Assembly (NCBI GenBank): GCA_964247055.1
Contig: OZ176053.1
Coordinates: forward strand, 12,834,001 to 12,898,000
Source of the DNA: Paragordius varius
Lineage: Eukaryota > Animalia > Nematomorpha
Length of the DNA stretch: 64,000 bases
Reading direction: 5' to 3'
Part shown: in pieces, positions 54,700 through 64,000 of the stretch
Numbering within the stretch: position 1 is the stretch's first letter
Layout: each line of letters begins with the position of its first letter
The notes under the pieces: model-generated
What the model was told of the DNA's origin: nothing
Databases searched by the model: none
The model's input: the letters and a program-made list of their open reading frames with translations, nothing else
Position numbers and translations under genes: made by a program

Positions 54700-55390
54700 T
54701 CTTTGACTTAATATGGGCTCAGAGAGCATAAGGCACAATCGGCCTCATACACTGACGCGCAGGACTCAAGAAGATAGAGTGGCGGAAAAAGCTACACATG
54801 CCGTCTTTCTCGATTTAGAAAAGCTTTGATTGCGTGCCACATCTATAATTCCTAGTTCAATGCGGATTTTTCACGGTTTTCGGCTATGGTGAGGCAGATT
54901 TTGGCCAGCAAGGCGAGATTCAAGTCTAGAGGAGATGTCTCAATCTAATTTAATTTCGAACGCGGTGTCAGGTAAGGGCGCAGGGTGTAACCTACTCTAT
55001 TCAACATTTCTTTGGAATAGTGTCTAGGAGTAGCGAATATTTCCAGTATTTTTAATGGTTTTCAAACCAAACCTTGAAAGTTAAATCTTAACAGGATTCC
55101 GAAGCAAGGTAAAATAGGATGTATGACATCTTGCCTATAATAATATAGTTCTCCTGGAAACTCTCATGATGAACTGAATGGGGCTCCTGAAAACTCGATA
55201 GTACACTTTTGAAGTATGACGTTATTATTTTAACGTCAAAGATCTAAGTGTAGGAGCTATCTATCATTACCCTGAAAATAGTTACCCGTATCCAGTGTTG
55301 AGAGTAGGGACGGAATGTCTGAGGACGAACCGAATTCAGAGAGTGAGAATTTTGTGCATATGAAACCCCTATTCTCGAGCGCTCTGTTGA
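54700..55390 (+). pseudogene. RTE RT fragment, same family as 17397-20900
   Basis: aaagctacacatgccgtctttctcgattt nearly identical to the reverse complement of ~18545-18570; GVR..PTLFNI motif at ~54965-55010. Confidence 0.75.
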
Positions 55391-56946
55391 ATTAGGTAGG
55401 TAGGCAGGTAGTTAATTCCTTAGGTCAAGTTCGAACCCTTGAAAATAAAATGACCAGTTCTCTCCACTTGTCTCTTCATCATGCTATTCCTTCAATTATA
55501 CATCTATTAGATACCTTCTTTACAGTGTCCAATCAACTTAACATCGGTCTTCCTTTTATCCTTTTTTCTTCAACTTTCCCCAAAATCAAATCCTTCTCAA
55601 GGGATACACTTCTTAAAATGTGCTCAAACGTAAACTTTCTTTATATTTTACATTCTCCCTCAAACATCACATTTCGAATGCTGTCCTTTTATATCATTCA
55701 GTTTTAGTGTCCAACTGCATATTACTCTGGCATAGTTTTCATAGTAATATCTTTATTTTTCCATAATTATTCCCTAATGCTATGCTGAGTTTAATCTCTG
55801 GCGTAAGGAAGCCCTTGATATTGGGCCTAAGAACAGGATTTTATTTACTACTTCTACTGGGGTGTCGTCTATGATTTCAGCTTTATTTTCTAAACTAATA
55901 ATTTTGGTTTTCTTAGGATTGAGGTTATACATATCTTTTGCTTTCTTCTCTTACTAACCTTATCATATTATTTAAACTTTCTACATTATCACTGCGATCA
56001 GCGTCGTGTCATCTGCAAATAGATTGTTAATCCTTTTCCCTCCTATCTTTAAGCTTCTATTAACATGATCTAGTTTTCTCATGATCATTTCTGTACAAAT
56101 GTTAAGTATGGTGAGAGGCAAAATCCTTGTCTAACACCTCTCTGTATTGAAATTTTCCCACCGGGGTTTCTGTTATTTTTGCTGTTCATACAAATTTTGC
56201 AAGATAAGCTTTGCTATAACCCATAGCTTCCAAAATTTGCATATATGTACATGGTTAATCGAGTCAAAAGCCTAGATATATTCAATGCAACATATAACTA
56301 ACTCCACTCGATATTCTATAATGTTTCAATTATACGTCTCAGTCAGGGATGGGATCTCTTGTGCTATGCTCTTTCATAAATGTTTGAACATCTGGAATCT
56401 CAATGGCTATCCCTCGGTGTAATCTGTTCTGGATAATTTTCAATAATTTTGCTCTCATATATAATGATATCTATGTTTTTATAGTTCTCGTCTTTTCAGT
56501 TTTTTTTAAAGACTGGGATAAACAGTTAGCCAAATACCTGACTTTCATACTTCCTGGCACAATCTATGTATAACTGATATCGGTATATCTCTTCTTTAAT
56601 CCAAAAGAATATTATTGCAGAGCTTTCTTTATTGGTATTTTCTTTCATTAACATAACTCATCATCCATTCCCAAATATTAGTTTATCATTTGCACCTGGG
56701 TGCGCACTACATAACTGTTAGATGTAACTTTCCAATCTTTGTTTAATTTATTTTCGTCGTTAAGGTTTTTGCTTTATCATCCTTAAATGTTAAGGAGTTG
56801 GTATTGATTTGTTATTCTGATGATTTGGAACAAAGGTTTACTTATGTTTCTGTTTGCTTCCTCAATAATCGTGTATTGTATATTATTCCATTCACAGGTC
56901 ATTCCATTTCTGTCTCTGAGTCTTGTTAATTTTTATAACCTAACTA

Positions 56947-57590
56947 TACCATTTGCACTTCAACCGTGTCCTTGAACACTTCAAGTTGGTCCTTGAACAA
57001 TTCAAGTTGGTCCTTGAACAATTCAAGTTGGTCCTTGAACAGTTCAAGTTGGTCCTTGAACAGTTCAAGTTGGTCCTTGAACAGTTCAAGTTGGTCCTTG
57101 AACAGTTCAAGTTGGTCCTTGAACAGTTCAAGTTGGTCCTTGAACATTTCAAGTTGGTCCTTGAACACTTCAAGTTGGTCCCTACCTAATTTTCTTTATT
57201 TATTATATATTTATTCATTTAAAAATAAAAATTTTGATTGAAAAACCACTTTTTTGTTTTAAACTATTTTTTTTCAATTGAACAAAATTATTGACTTTAT
57301 AAAGTTTTTAATGAAAGATTTTAATTAATAACCCAAAAAACTTATATTTTTTTCATTTCGTGTTAAAATCTTATAAATATCCAAAAATATTTTAAGAAAT
57401 ATAAGAATATACGGTTTCTCAAAGATTAAAAGTTAATATGGATCTAAAATTTATGTTAAATAATAGAAAATAGGTTAAAAAAAATAAAATAGATGAATTA
57501 TTTACGATTTTGATAAAAGTTAAAAACAAAACAAAAAGGTCAAAGGACCAACTTGAAGTGTTCAAGGACACTCTTGAAGTGCAAATGGTA
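56947..57590. mobile_element. 644-bp MITE with ~50-bp TIRs and TA TSD, inserted into the BovB-like element
   Basis: TA|TACCATTTGCACTTCAA..TTGAAGTGCAAATGGTA|TA. Confidence 0.88.
56959..57181 (+). repeat. 21-bp tandem array TTCAAGTTGGTCCTTGAACAN (10 copies plus 1 degenerate)
   Basis: Units start every 21 bp from 56980 to 57169. Internal palindrome TTCAAG/CTTGAA; no spacers. Confidence 0.97.
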
Positions 57591-58742
57591 TATATCCCCT
57601 CTATTTTTAGCTTTATTTTAATAAGTCATCTGATAACCCTTTTTAATGATGTTTTTTCTTTAGTAGATATTTTTGTGCTGTTCGGGAATTATTATTTTAA
57701 TATTATTCCATCGGGTTTCTGTGTTATTATAATAATTCAAATCTTGAGCAGTCACAACTTTAAATTAAACACCAAATAGATTATTTTTTGGCACAACAAA
57801 AATGGAAAAAGTTTTTCATAAATGCTGAAGGGGAGCTCCAGGAGTAAAGCCGTCTTTTATGTTTAATAACATGGATAAAACAAATATTTTATGAATCATT
57901 CAGAATTCATTCAATCCTTAACCAGATTCGTTCCTTTCGCCTAATCCGTGTTCTATCGTGTCGTACTCTTACCACCCATTATAATCATTTTCTTTTTAGG
58001 TACAAAGTTTATTAAGTCTTGGAGCTGTTCATAAATTTATTTTTTCTTGTTCGGAGTCTGCTGTAGGGGCATACACATTGATAGTTAACCGGACTAGCAT
58101 AAATCTAATGATCATGATTCTAAAATTGTATAAACGAATTGACATATTTATATCCATTATTTAACACCAACTCCCTCCCCCTTGTTTCATTGTCCCGACT
58201 TACAATTACAATTTTTTTATTAAGTAAAAACCATTGCCCTTGTAATGGGTTTCACTGATACCCAAAATATCTAATGGATTCTTTGCATTGTTCTTTCCTA
58301 TTAGATCTTTTTTTCTCATTTCAACCCTGCTATACGTATTTTTCATTTAAATTTTCTATATTTTTATGAACTAGTTTGCCGGGGTTTTACTCACCATATT
58401 TGTGGCGTATGGAACCAATACAAACTAAATAATAACTTAAAAGATATCTTATACATAATTAAAAGCTAGTGAGCCATATCAAAATTAGATATCTGCAGAA
58501 CAAACTACAGAACCAAATAAACAGAAATTTTTAACCGTGATTATGAGATTATGATTTATTTATCGGTGGTAGTGATTGGACGACGCAATAAATGGAGATT
58601 TGATTTTAATTTTATGCCTTTCTAGTATTATATGAAACTTGGAAAAAAATATAGGAATAAAATTCCAAAAAATTTAAAGTAATTGACTCCTAACTTAAAA
58701 TTGCAATTTTAAATTCAACGTTTAATAACTAAATTTGTATTT

Positions 58743-58774
<32 letters not shown>

Positions 58775-58788
58775 ACTATATATATATT
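58743..58788. repeat. (TA)n microsatellite
   Basis: Imperfect TA run. Confidence 0.9.
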
Positions 58789-58824
58789 GTTAAAAGAAAA
58801 ACTAAAGAAGTGATTTGCAAATAC

Positions 58825-58973
58825 GTCAATTGTAAGAAGAAGGCAGGATCGTAAAAATTTTGCCCAACATTGTATGAACTTAGTTCGATTTTATCAATTT
58901 TGTGTTCGTCAAAGGAATTATGTGGGATATTGTTATTTGAAGGAGGATGTTTATTTGCAGATCTGTTATTAAC
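58825..58973 (-). CDS. Candidate isolated 149-nt exon, product unknown
   Basis: Open frame VNNRSANKHPP..YDPAFFLQL between tttgaag| and |gtattt. The acceptor is weak. Confidence 0.25.
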
Positions 58974-59131
58974 CTTCAAAGTTTAGATACATTTTAATGG
59001 TTTACAATAAGGTCTTTGCCTATCAGTCCTATTGCTTAAAGTTCTAAACATATGAAATACACGTCCTAATTATCGTAAAAAATTTTGTCCAAACATAAGT
59101 CATTAAATGGTAAATAACGAGGTTATGTATA

Positions 59132-59413
59132 ACGATAAAGGAAAATTAAATAGAATTAAATGAAGTATAAATAGAAATTTTAACGATATGTGAAACCCTT
59201 TCGTATAACCAACTGCATTTATACCAAAATTGCAAAGTTGGATATCTATACGAAATCGATATGTGAAAACCCCAAGTCAAATAGTTGTGTCTTACTGATG
59301 AGTGCTAACAAGCAAGAGAACGAGTCTGCGATTACTTATGACGAAGGGTTCCACATATCGTTTATAATTTCTATTTATACTTCATTTAATTCTATTTAAT
59401 TTTCCTTTATCGT
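59132..59413. mobile_element. 282-bp MITE with ~73-bp near-perfect TIRs, flanked by TA
   Basis: 59132-59204 vs 59341-59413 are reverse complements with about 3-4 differences. Confidence 0.88.
59289..59332 (+). ncRNA. Hammerhead-like motif (type I, minimal stem III), degenerate
   Basis: gtctta CTGATGA G TGCT aaca AGCA AGAGAAC GA GTC tgcgat. Confidence 0.45.
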
Positions 59414-59799
59414 TATCTTACGGATTTTAACAACTGTTATAAGTCATTAAAGCCTACGAGTATCATTTGATTCCAACCTTTTTAACAATGTTTCAAATTC
59501 AATCAGAATTTCATTGAAATGCTTGAATGAATGTAATTAAAAAAGCTATTCAATAAAGTTAACTGAATACATAACAGTCTATTTACGAGAACTGTATTGA
59601 ATTATAATTTATATACCTAAGAATGACAGAAACCCAACCTTTTATTATAAAATGCTTTGTATAAAAATTAAAGTCTAATACTAAAAATCTTTTTTTATAA
59701 TTTATTTATTATTGTTGATAAAATAAATAGTTAATTAATAAATTTCAAACATATATGTAATGTATTATAAATGTAATTGAATCGTTTTTTATAAAAATT

Positions 59800-61110
59800 T
59801 TGTTGACCTCCAATAAATCATGTATAAAAGAGACATATAAATTACGAAAAACTTTTTTGCCATTTACCAAAATGATACAAATTCTCTTTAATTTTGAAGC
59901 CGTACATTTTCGTAACATGCAAATTAGTTTGGTTTATAAATAACACGCCATTCTTTACGTGACTAGTTTTGAACATGAATTTTTTTATCGCTTTATATTA
60001 TTTTTACCTTTGGATAATTGTTTTTAATTTCTAATTTTTAAAATAATTGTATCATTTATTAAATTTCTACACTAAATTCTTTTATCAAATTCTTGGACCA
60101 ATTTGGTAATAAATCCTTTAATTTTTAGTAATATTTTTATTGCAAGCATAATTTTTAAAACTTCAATTTTATGTTGTCTTATAATATATCAAAAATGTTA
60201 ATTCCATTAAATGACATCTCTCTATCGTTAATTTAAACTGGCTAAATTATTTCCATAATTTGCCACTGTCTCTGCATTTTTTCATACAGATAAGGTGTTC
60301 AATTAAAATTTTGAATGTATTAATGATGACTGCCCAAACACCTGTGTAATATTTATATAATTTTCGATTGCTATTCGTAAAATCAATATATATTTATATA
60401 TTCTTAAATGGATTTCACCTGATAATTTTAATGGTGATTAATTAATTAGCTTTATCTAAAGGCCAATGATTTAACCTATATATAAATAGTTCTTTTGGTT
60501 TTTTCATCTCTAGATGTCAAACCTTTAATTTATATTAAACAATTTTTACAAAAATAATTTAATGAACTTGACTTTGGTATCTTATTTTATAAATAAAACC
60601 ATATTTCTTTTGATAAGCGATTTTGCAAAAACTCAAAAATATGGCTATACTTTATAACTGTTATTTACAAGATTTTTTTTAAAAAAATATTTTGGTTACA
60701 ATGCTATTTTAATTGACCATGTAGTTTTGGGGCAAAGAATATTAAGTCTAAATTGGAGTATTGCTATGTTATTATGTACTAACAAGGATGCTTGACGATG
60801 GTTTTAAAGTATTCAAACGAAAAAACTTATTTATAAATATTTTATCTACCTGCCATATCATTCATTTGCAAAAACGCCTAATTAGAAAATATTTCAAGGG
60901 GAACCGTCATTCATTAGTAAGATGGCTCCATCACCAGCATGTGGCAGACAGTCTTAAAACTTTGATTCAAATTGTGGTAATTAGTGACCGGCCTAATTAA
61001 ATTGATTTTTTAAAAAAATCCCACTGAAAGGAGCGGTTTTAATTTAAATTTATTGTAAATATTAAATAAATAATCTAAAATAAAAATTTAGTTTTAAAAA
61101 AGCTCCTCAA
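59800..61110 (+). repeat. Dispersed repeat family D, long copy
   Basis: Colinear with 28560-29930 and 330-1000. Confidence 0.8.
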
Positions 61111-61619
61111 ACATTATTTTGATAACATATAAAGTATACATATACACCTATATAATCATCTGTTGTTACGCGCGCGAGTTCGACCACTACCAAAAGAAAA
61201 AATTCTAAATTCTTATTTATTTTATATTATATCTATTTATCTTCAAAGTTTATTCTATCTTTTATCACTTATCCTATACTTTAAATTTTGTTATAACATA
61301 CCTATTCCCATTTTTGTTTTTGGACGTAGGACTTACCGTTGGCCTTTTCCTATAATTTGCCTATTAATATTCTCTTAAATATATAGATTGTATTCTTGGA
61401 TAAGTATTGTAGCACTATTTATTTTATTTTTTACTATGACACATAAAATAACCCTTGATTTTTATTGTTTTATACATAAATTTTGCTTTAAATTTTTTAT
61501 TGCGAAATATAATTTCCGTTTTTACCTATAGCTTAGGTTTTTTTTACATCTATCAATTTGTCATAATTAGTTCGACACTTCAATTTTATTATTTTATTGT
61601 GTTTGTTTAAAGCTGTCAA

Positions 61620-63230
61620 ATGAATATTGATGTGTATAGTAATAACCGGTCAGGCCTGGCCAGCCGCGGTTTTGGTGTTGCGGCCAATAATACAAAGAGA
61701 ATGAAAAGGAATACAGGATGCCTGTATTTTGCTAGTTTAAATGTTGGTTCATTGAAAAGTAAGTTAAATGATATTGTGAGAATAATGAAAGTTAAACATA
61801 TTGATATTTTGGCATTACAAGAGACTCGTTACCGCGGAAACGGAGCAAGGACTTTGGAAGATTATCGACTATATTACTCAGGTGAAAGTGGCGGACGAAA
61901 TGGAGTGGCAATTATCATTAATCCCAAATTGTCCAATCAGGTTAAAGAAGTAAGACGCTATAACAACCGAATCATGAATTTAGATATTTTGGTAGGTAAC
62001 GAGGTCATAACGGTATTTAGTATATATGCCCCGCAAATAGGTTTACCGAAACAAGAAAAGGAGCAATTTTACGAGACTCTAGATGAAAAAATAGTCGCTC
62101 TCCCTCAGCTCAGAGTCAAGTTTTTATGTGGGGATTTTAATGGTCATCTTGGTTCAAAAGGGGAATCTTTTGAAATATGGCACGGGGGACATTCTTATGG
62201 AGAAAGAAACGAGGAAGGAATTAATTTGCTCAGATTCGCACAATCTCACAATTTGGCGATAGCGAACACGTTTTTCGAAAAAAGAGAGAGTCATCTAGTA
62301 ACTTTTAAGAGCGGCATAAACAAATCTCAAATAGATTTTATACTTGTTCCAAGAGACTTATTAAAGCGTGTAATAGATTGTAAGGTGGTGCCAAACTTAG
62401 AGGTTAGTTCGCAACATAATTTACTTATTTGTAAATCTTTCGTGAAAGAAAAGTATAAACAAAGTGGTTCTTATTCAAAGAGATTAAAAAGTATTAAGTG
62501 GGAGAAATTATCCGAGAAAAGGCAGGCTTTTATAAAAGAAATACGGTTATCCGAGGATGGTGGGTTAAATGGTGATTGGGATAAAGTAAGTCAGTTAATC
62601 AAAAAGGCAGGAACTCTAGTTTGTGGATTAAAAGGCGGAAAATCTCAAGTATACAGAGAGGCTTGGCTTTACGATGAAAGAATAATATTGATGTCACGAG
62701 AAAAAGGTAAGGCTTTTGACAAATGGAGACATACAAGGAATGATGATGATAGAGATAAGTATAAAAGTTTAAATAAGGAATTGAAAAAATTAGTCGGCCA
62801 GGTTAAGAAAGAAAAAATGAATTTATTTTATGATGAGTTAAATAGTAAGCAAGGTTTAAACAAAGTGTATAAAGTTGCGCAGCAAAGGAATAAACGCAGG
62901 ATGGATTTGCCAGGTTATGCGACTGCAATAAAAGGAAAAGATGGAAGCTTGCTGTGCGAAAATGTAGAAATAATAAAAAGATGGAAAGAGTACTTTGTGA
63001 GTTTAGATGAAGGGGTAGGCGAGATATTTTTGCCAAATACAGTTGAAGCTACTGATAGACCAATAGAAGCAATTACACAAAAGGAAGTAGAATCTAATTT
63101 GTTAGAAATGCCAAACAACAAAGCTGTAGGATCGGACGACATAAATATAAATTGTTGGAAAGTGCTTGGAAATTCTGGACTAAATTTTTTGGAGCGTGTA
63201 TTTAATAAAGTTGTTTCAACGATGGGTTGA
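61620..63230 (+). CDS. RTE ORF part 1: apurinic-like endonuclease, linker and start of RT
   Basis: SLNVGSL, DILALQETR, SIYAPQ, CGDFNGH, SQIDFILV, SQHNLL, KAVGSDDI. Confidence 0.93.
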   Translation: MNIDVYSNNRSGLASRGFGVAANNTKRMKRNTGCLYFASLNVGSLKSKLNDIVRIMKVKHIDILALQETRYRGNGARTLEDYRLYYSGESGGRNGVAIIINPKLSNQVKEVRRYNNRIMNLDILVGNEVITVFSIYAPQIGLPKQEKEQFYETLDEKIVALPQLRVKFLCGDFNGHLGSKGESFEIWHGGHSYGERNEEGINLLRFAQSHNLAIANTFFEKRESHLVTFKSGINKSQIDFILVPRDLLKRVIDCKVVPNLEVSSQHNLLICKSFVKEKYKQSGSYSKRLKSIKWEKLSEKRQAFIKEIRLSEDGGLNGDWDKVSQLIKKAGTLVCGLKGGKSQVYREAWLYDERIILMSREKGKAFDKWRHTRNDDDRDKYKSLNKELKKLVGQVKKEKMNLFYDELNSKQGLNKVYKVAQQRNKRRMDLPGYATAIKGKDGSLLCENVEIIKRWKEYFVSLDEGVGEIFLPNTVEATDRPIEAITQKEVESNLLEMPNNKAVGSDDININCWKVLGNSGLNFLERVFNKVVSTMG

Positions 63231-64000
63231 ATGGAAGGAAAGTTTAACTGTGCCTTTATTTAAAGGAAAAGGTGATATAAATGAATGTAGTAACTACAGA
63301 GGGATAAAACTTATGTCACACACTATGAAATTGTTTGAAAAAATAATTAAAAAGCGAATCAGGAAAATGATATCTATAGAAGGAAATCAATTTGTGCCAG
63401 GAAAGTCAACAGTAGATCCTATACATGCGGTCAGGAGGTTGATTGAAAAACACATTGAAAAAAAGAAAGAATTACACGGGGTTTTGATTGATATAGAGAA
63501 GGCGTTTGACAGGATTCCTAGAGAAACTATTTGGTGGAGTCTCCGTAAAAAGGTGCCAGAAAGTTATATTAAGTTGTTACAAATAATGTACGAATCACAC
63601 ACCTCCAGGATTAAAACTCCACAAGGTTTATCAGAGCCCTTTTCAATAAAGCATGGAGTCTACCAAGGCTCATCACTCAGCCCCTTATTGTTTATAATTT
63701 GTATGGACGAGGTAGCCAAGGTTGTTAATGTGAGTTCAGGATGGTACTTAATGTATGCAGATGACATAATCATCTTGTCTGATTCATTAATTGAGTTAAA
63801 GCGAACGGTAAACAGATGGGTTGTTATGCTGGATCAATATGGTCTGAAAGTAAACAAAGCAAAAAACCGAACTTATTACTTTTGGGGGTCCACAACATGA
63901 AATGGTAGTTGATGATAGTTGGGTTCTGAAGGGTAAAGAAAGTTGCAAATATCTGGGAGCTATGTTAAGTGCAGATGGTTCGTTAACTGACGATATTAAT
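63196..64000 (+). pseudogene. RTE ORF part 2: reverse transcriptase, frameshifted (continues ..CKYLGAML after 63900)
   Basis: NYRGIKLMSH, IDIEKAFD, GVYQGSSLSPLLF, MYADDII, then KYLG in a new frame. Confidence 0.93.

Larger units (their letters stand above)
55393..58350 (-). mobile_element. RTE-BovB-like non-LTR retrotransposon, decayed, interrupted by a MITE
   Basis: LDILGISETH (~58260), NVYAPTADS (~58070), KIGGKRINNL-FADDTTLIA (~55995-56055), EHILRSVSLEKDLILGKVE..KGRP (~55540-55640) and WRELV. (CCTA)n tail at 55393-55411. Confidence 0.85.
61160..64000 (+). mobile_element. Young RTE-clade non-LTR retrotransposon, runs off the window end
   Basis: ~460-nt T-rich leader, then an APE endonuclease-RT reading frame broken by two frameshifts. 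The 5' boundary is approximate. Confidence 0.93.

Noticed and set aside
55426-55443. tRNA T-arm-like hairpin TCAAG-TTCGAACC-CTTGA
   Set aside because: It is the antisense of the BovB-like ORF end, and no rest of a tRNA is present.
56940-57241. Perfect heptad coiled-coil ORF (LFKDQLE)n and other repeat ORFs; CRISPR-like palindromic repeats
   Set aside because: These are by-products of a 21-bp array (a multiple of 3, stop-free in several frames) inside a MITE. There are no spacers and no cas genes, and the context is eukaryotic.
368-61378. Most remaining 60-135 aa ORFs rich in I/F/L/K/N/Y
   Set aside because: Their composition is that expected from random AT-rich DNA; many lie in non-coding repeats whose other copies are not open.
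62803-63142. Minus-strand ORFs within the young RTE
   Set aside because: Antisense shadows of the RTE ORF.

Overview
Very AT-rich eukaryotic DNA, probably animal (species not determinable; GC not computed). It is essentially a transposable-element graveyard, with no intact host gene that I can recognise. Retroelements: a 3'-deleted Ty3/Gypsy LTR element (5395-7880, -); several RTE-clade non-LTR elements, including a full-length decayed copy (17397-20900, -), a BovB-like copy (55393-58350, -) and a young copy running off the window end (61160-64000, +); and a 5'-truncated Penelope-like element (36900-38480, -). DNA elements: a Buster/Charlie-type hAT with a perfect 8-bp TSD (22372-24202); TA-flanked MITEs; MITE-like ends starting with the CACTGTG heptamer (Transib-like); several 0.9-3.1 kb foldback palindromes; and a ~3.7 kb composite repeat (family A) present in four rearranged copies. 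The most interesting signals are three decayed self-cleaving-ribozyme-like motifs: an HDV-like fold at the exact 5' tip of the full-length RTE (20832-20900, -), a hammerhead remnant downstream of the Penelope ORF (36932-36970, -), and a hammerhead-like motif in the centre of a 282-bp MITE (59289-59332, +). Also notable are a 21-bp palindromic tandem array grown out of a MITE terminus and a weak chain of candidate micro-exons. Coordinates for decayed elements are approximate, read by eye.
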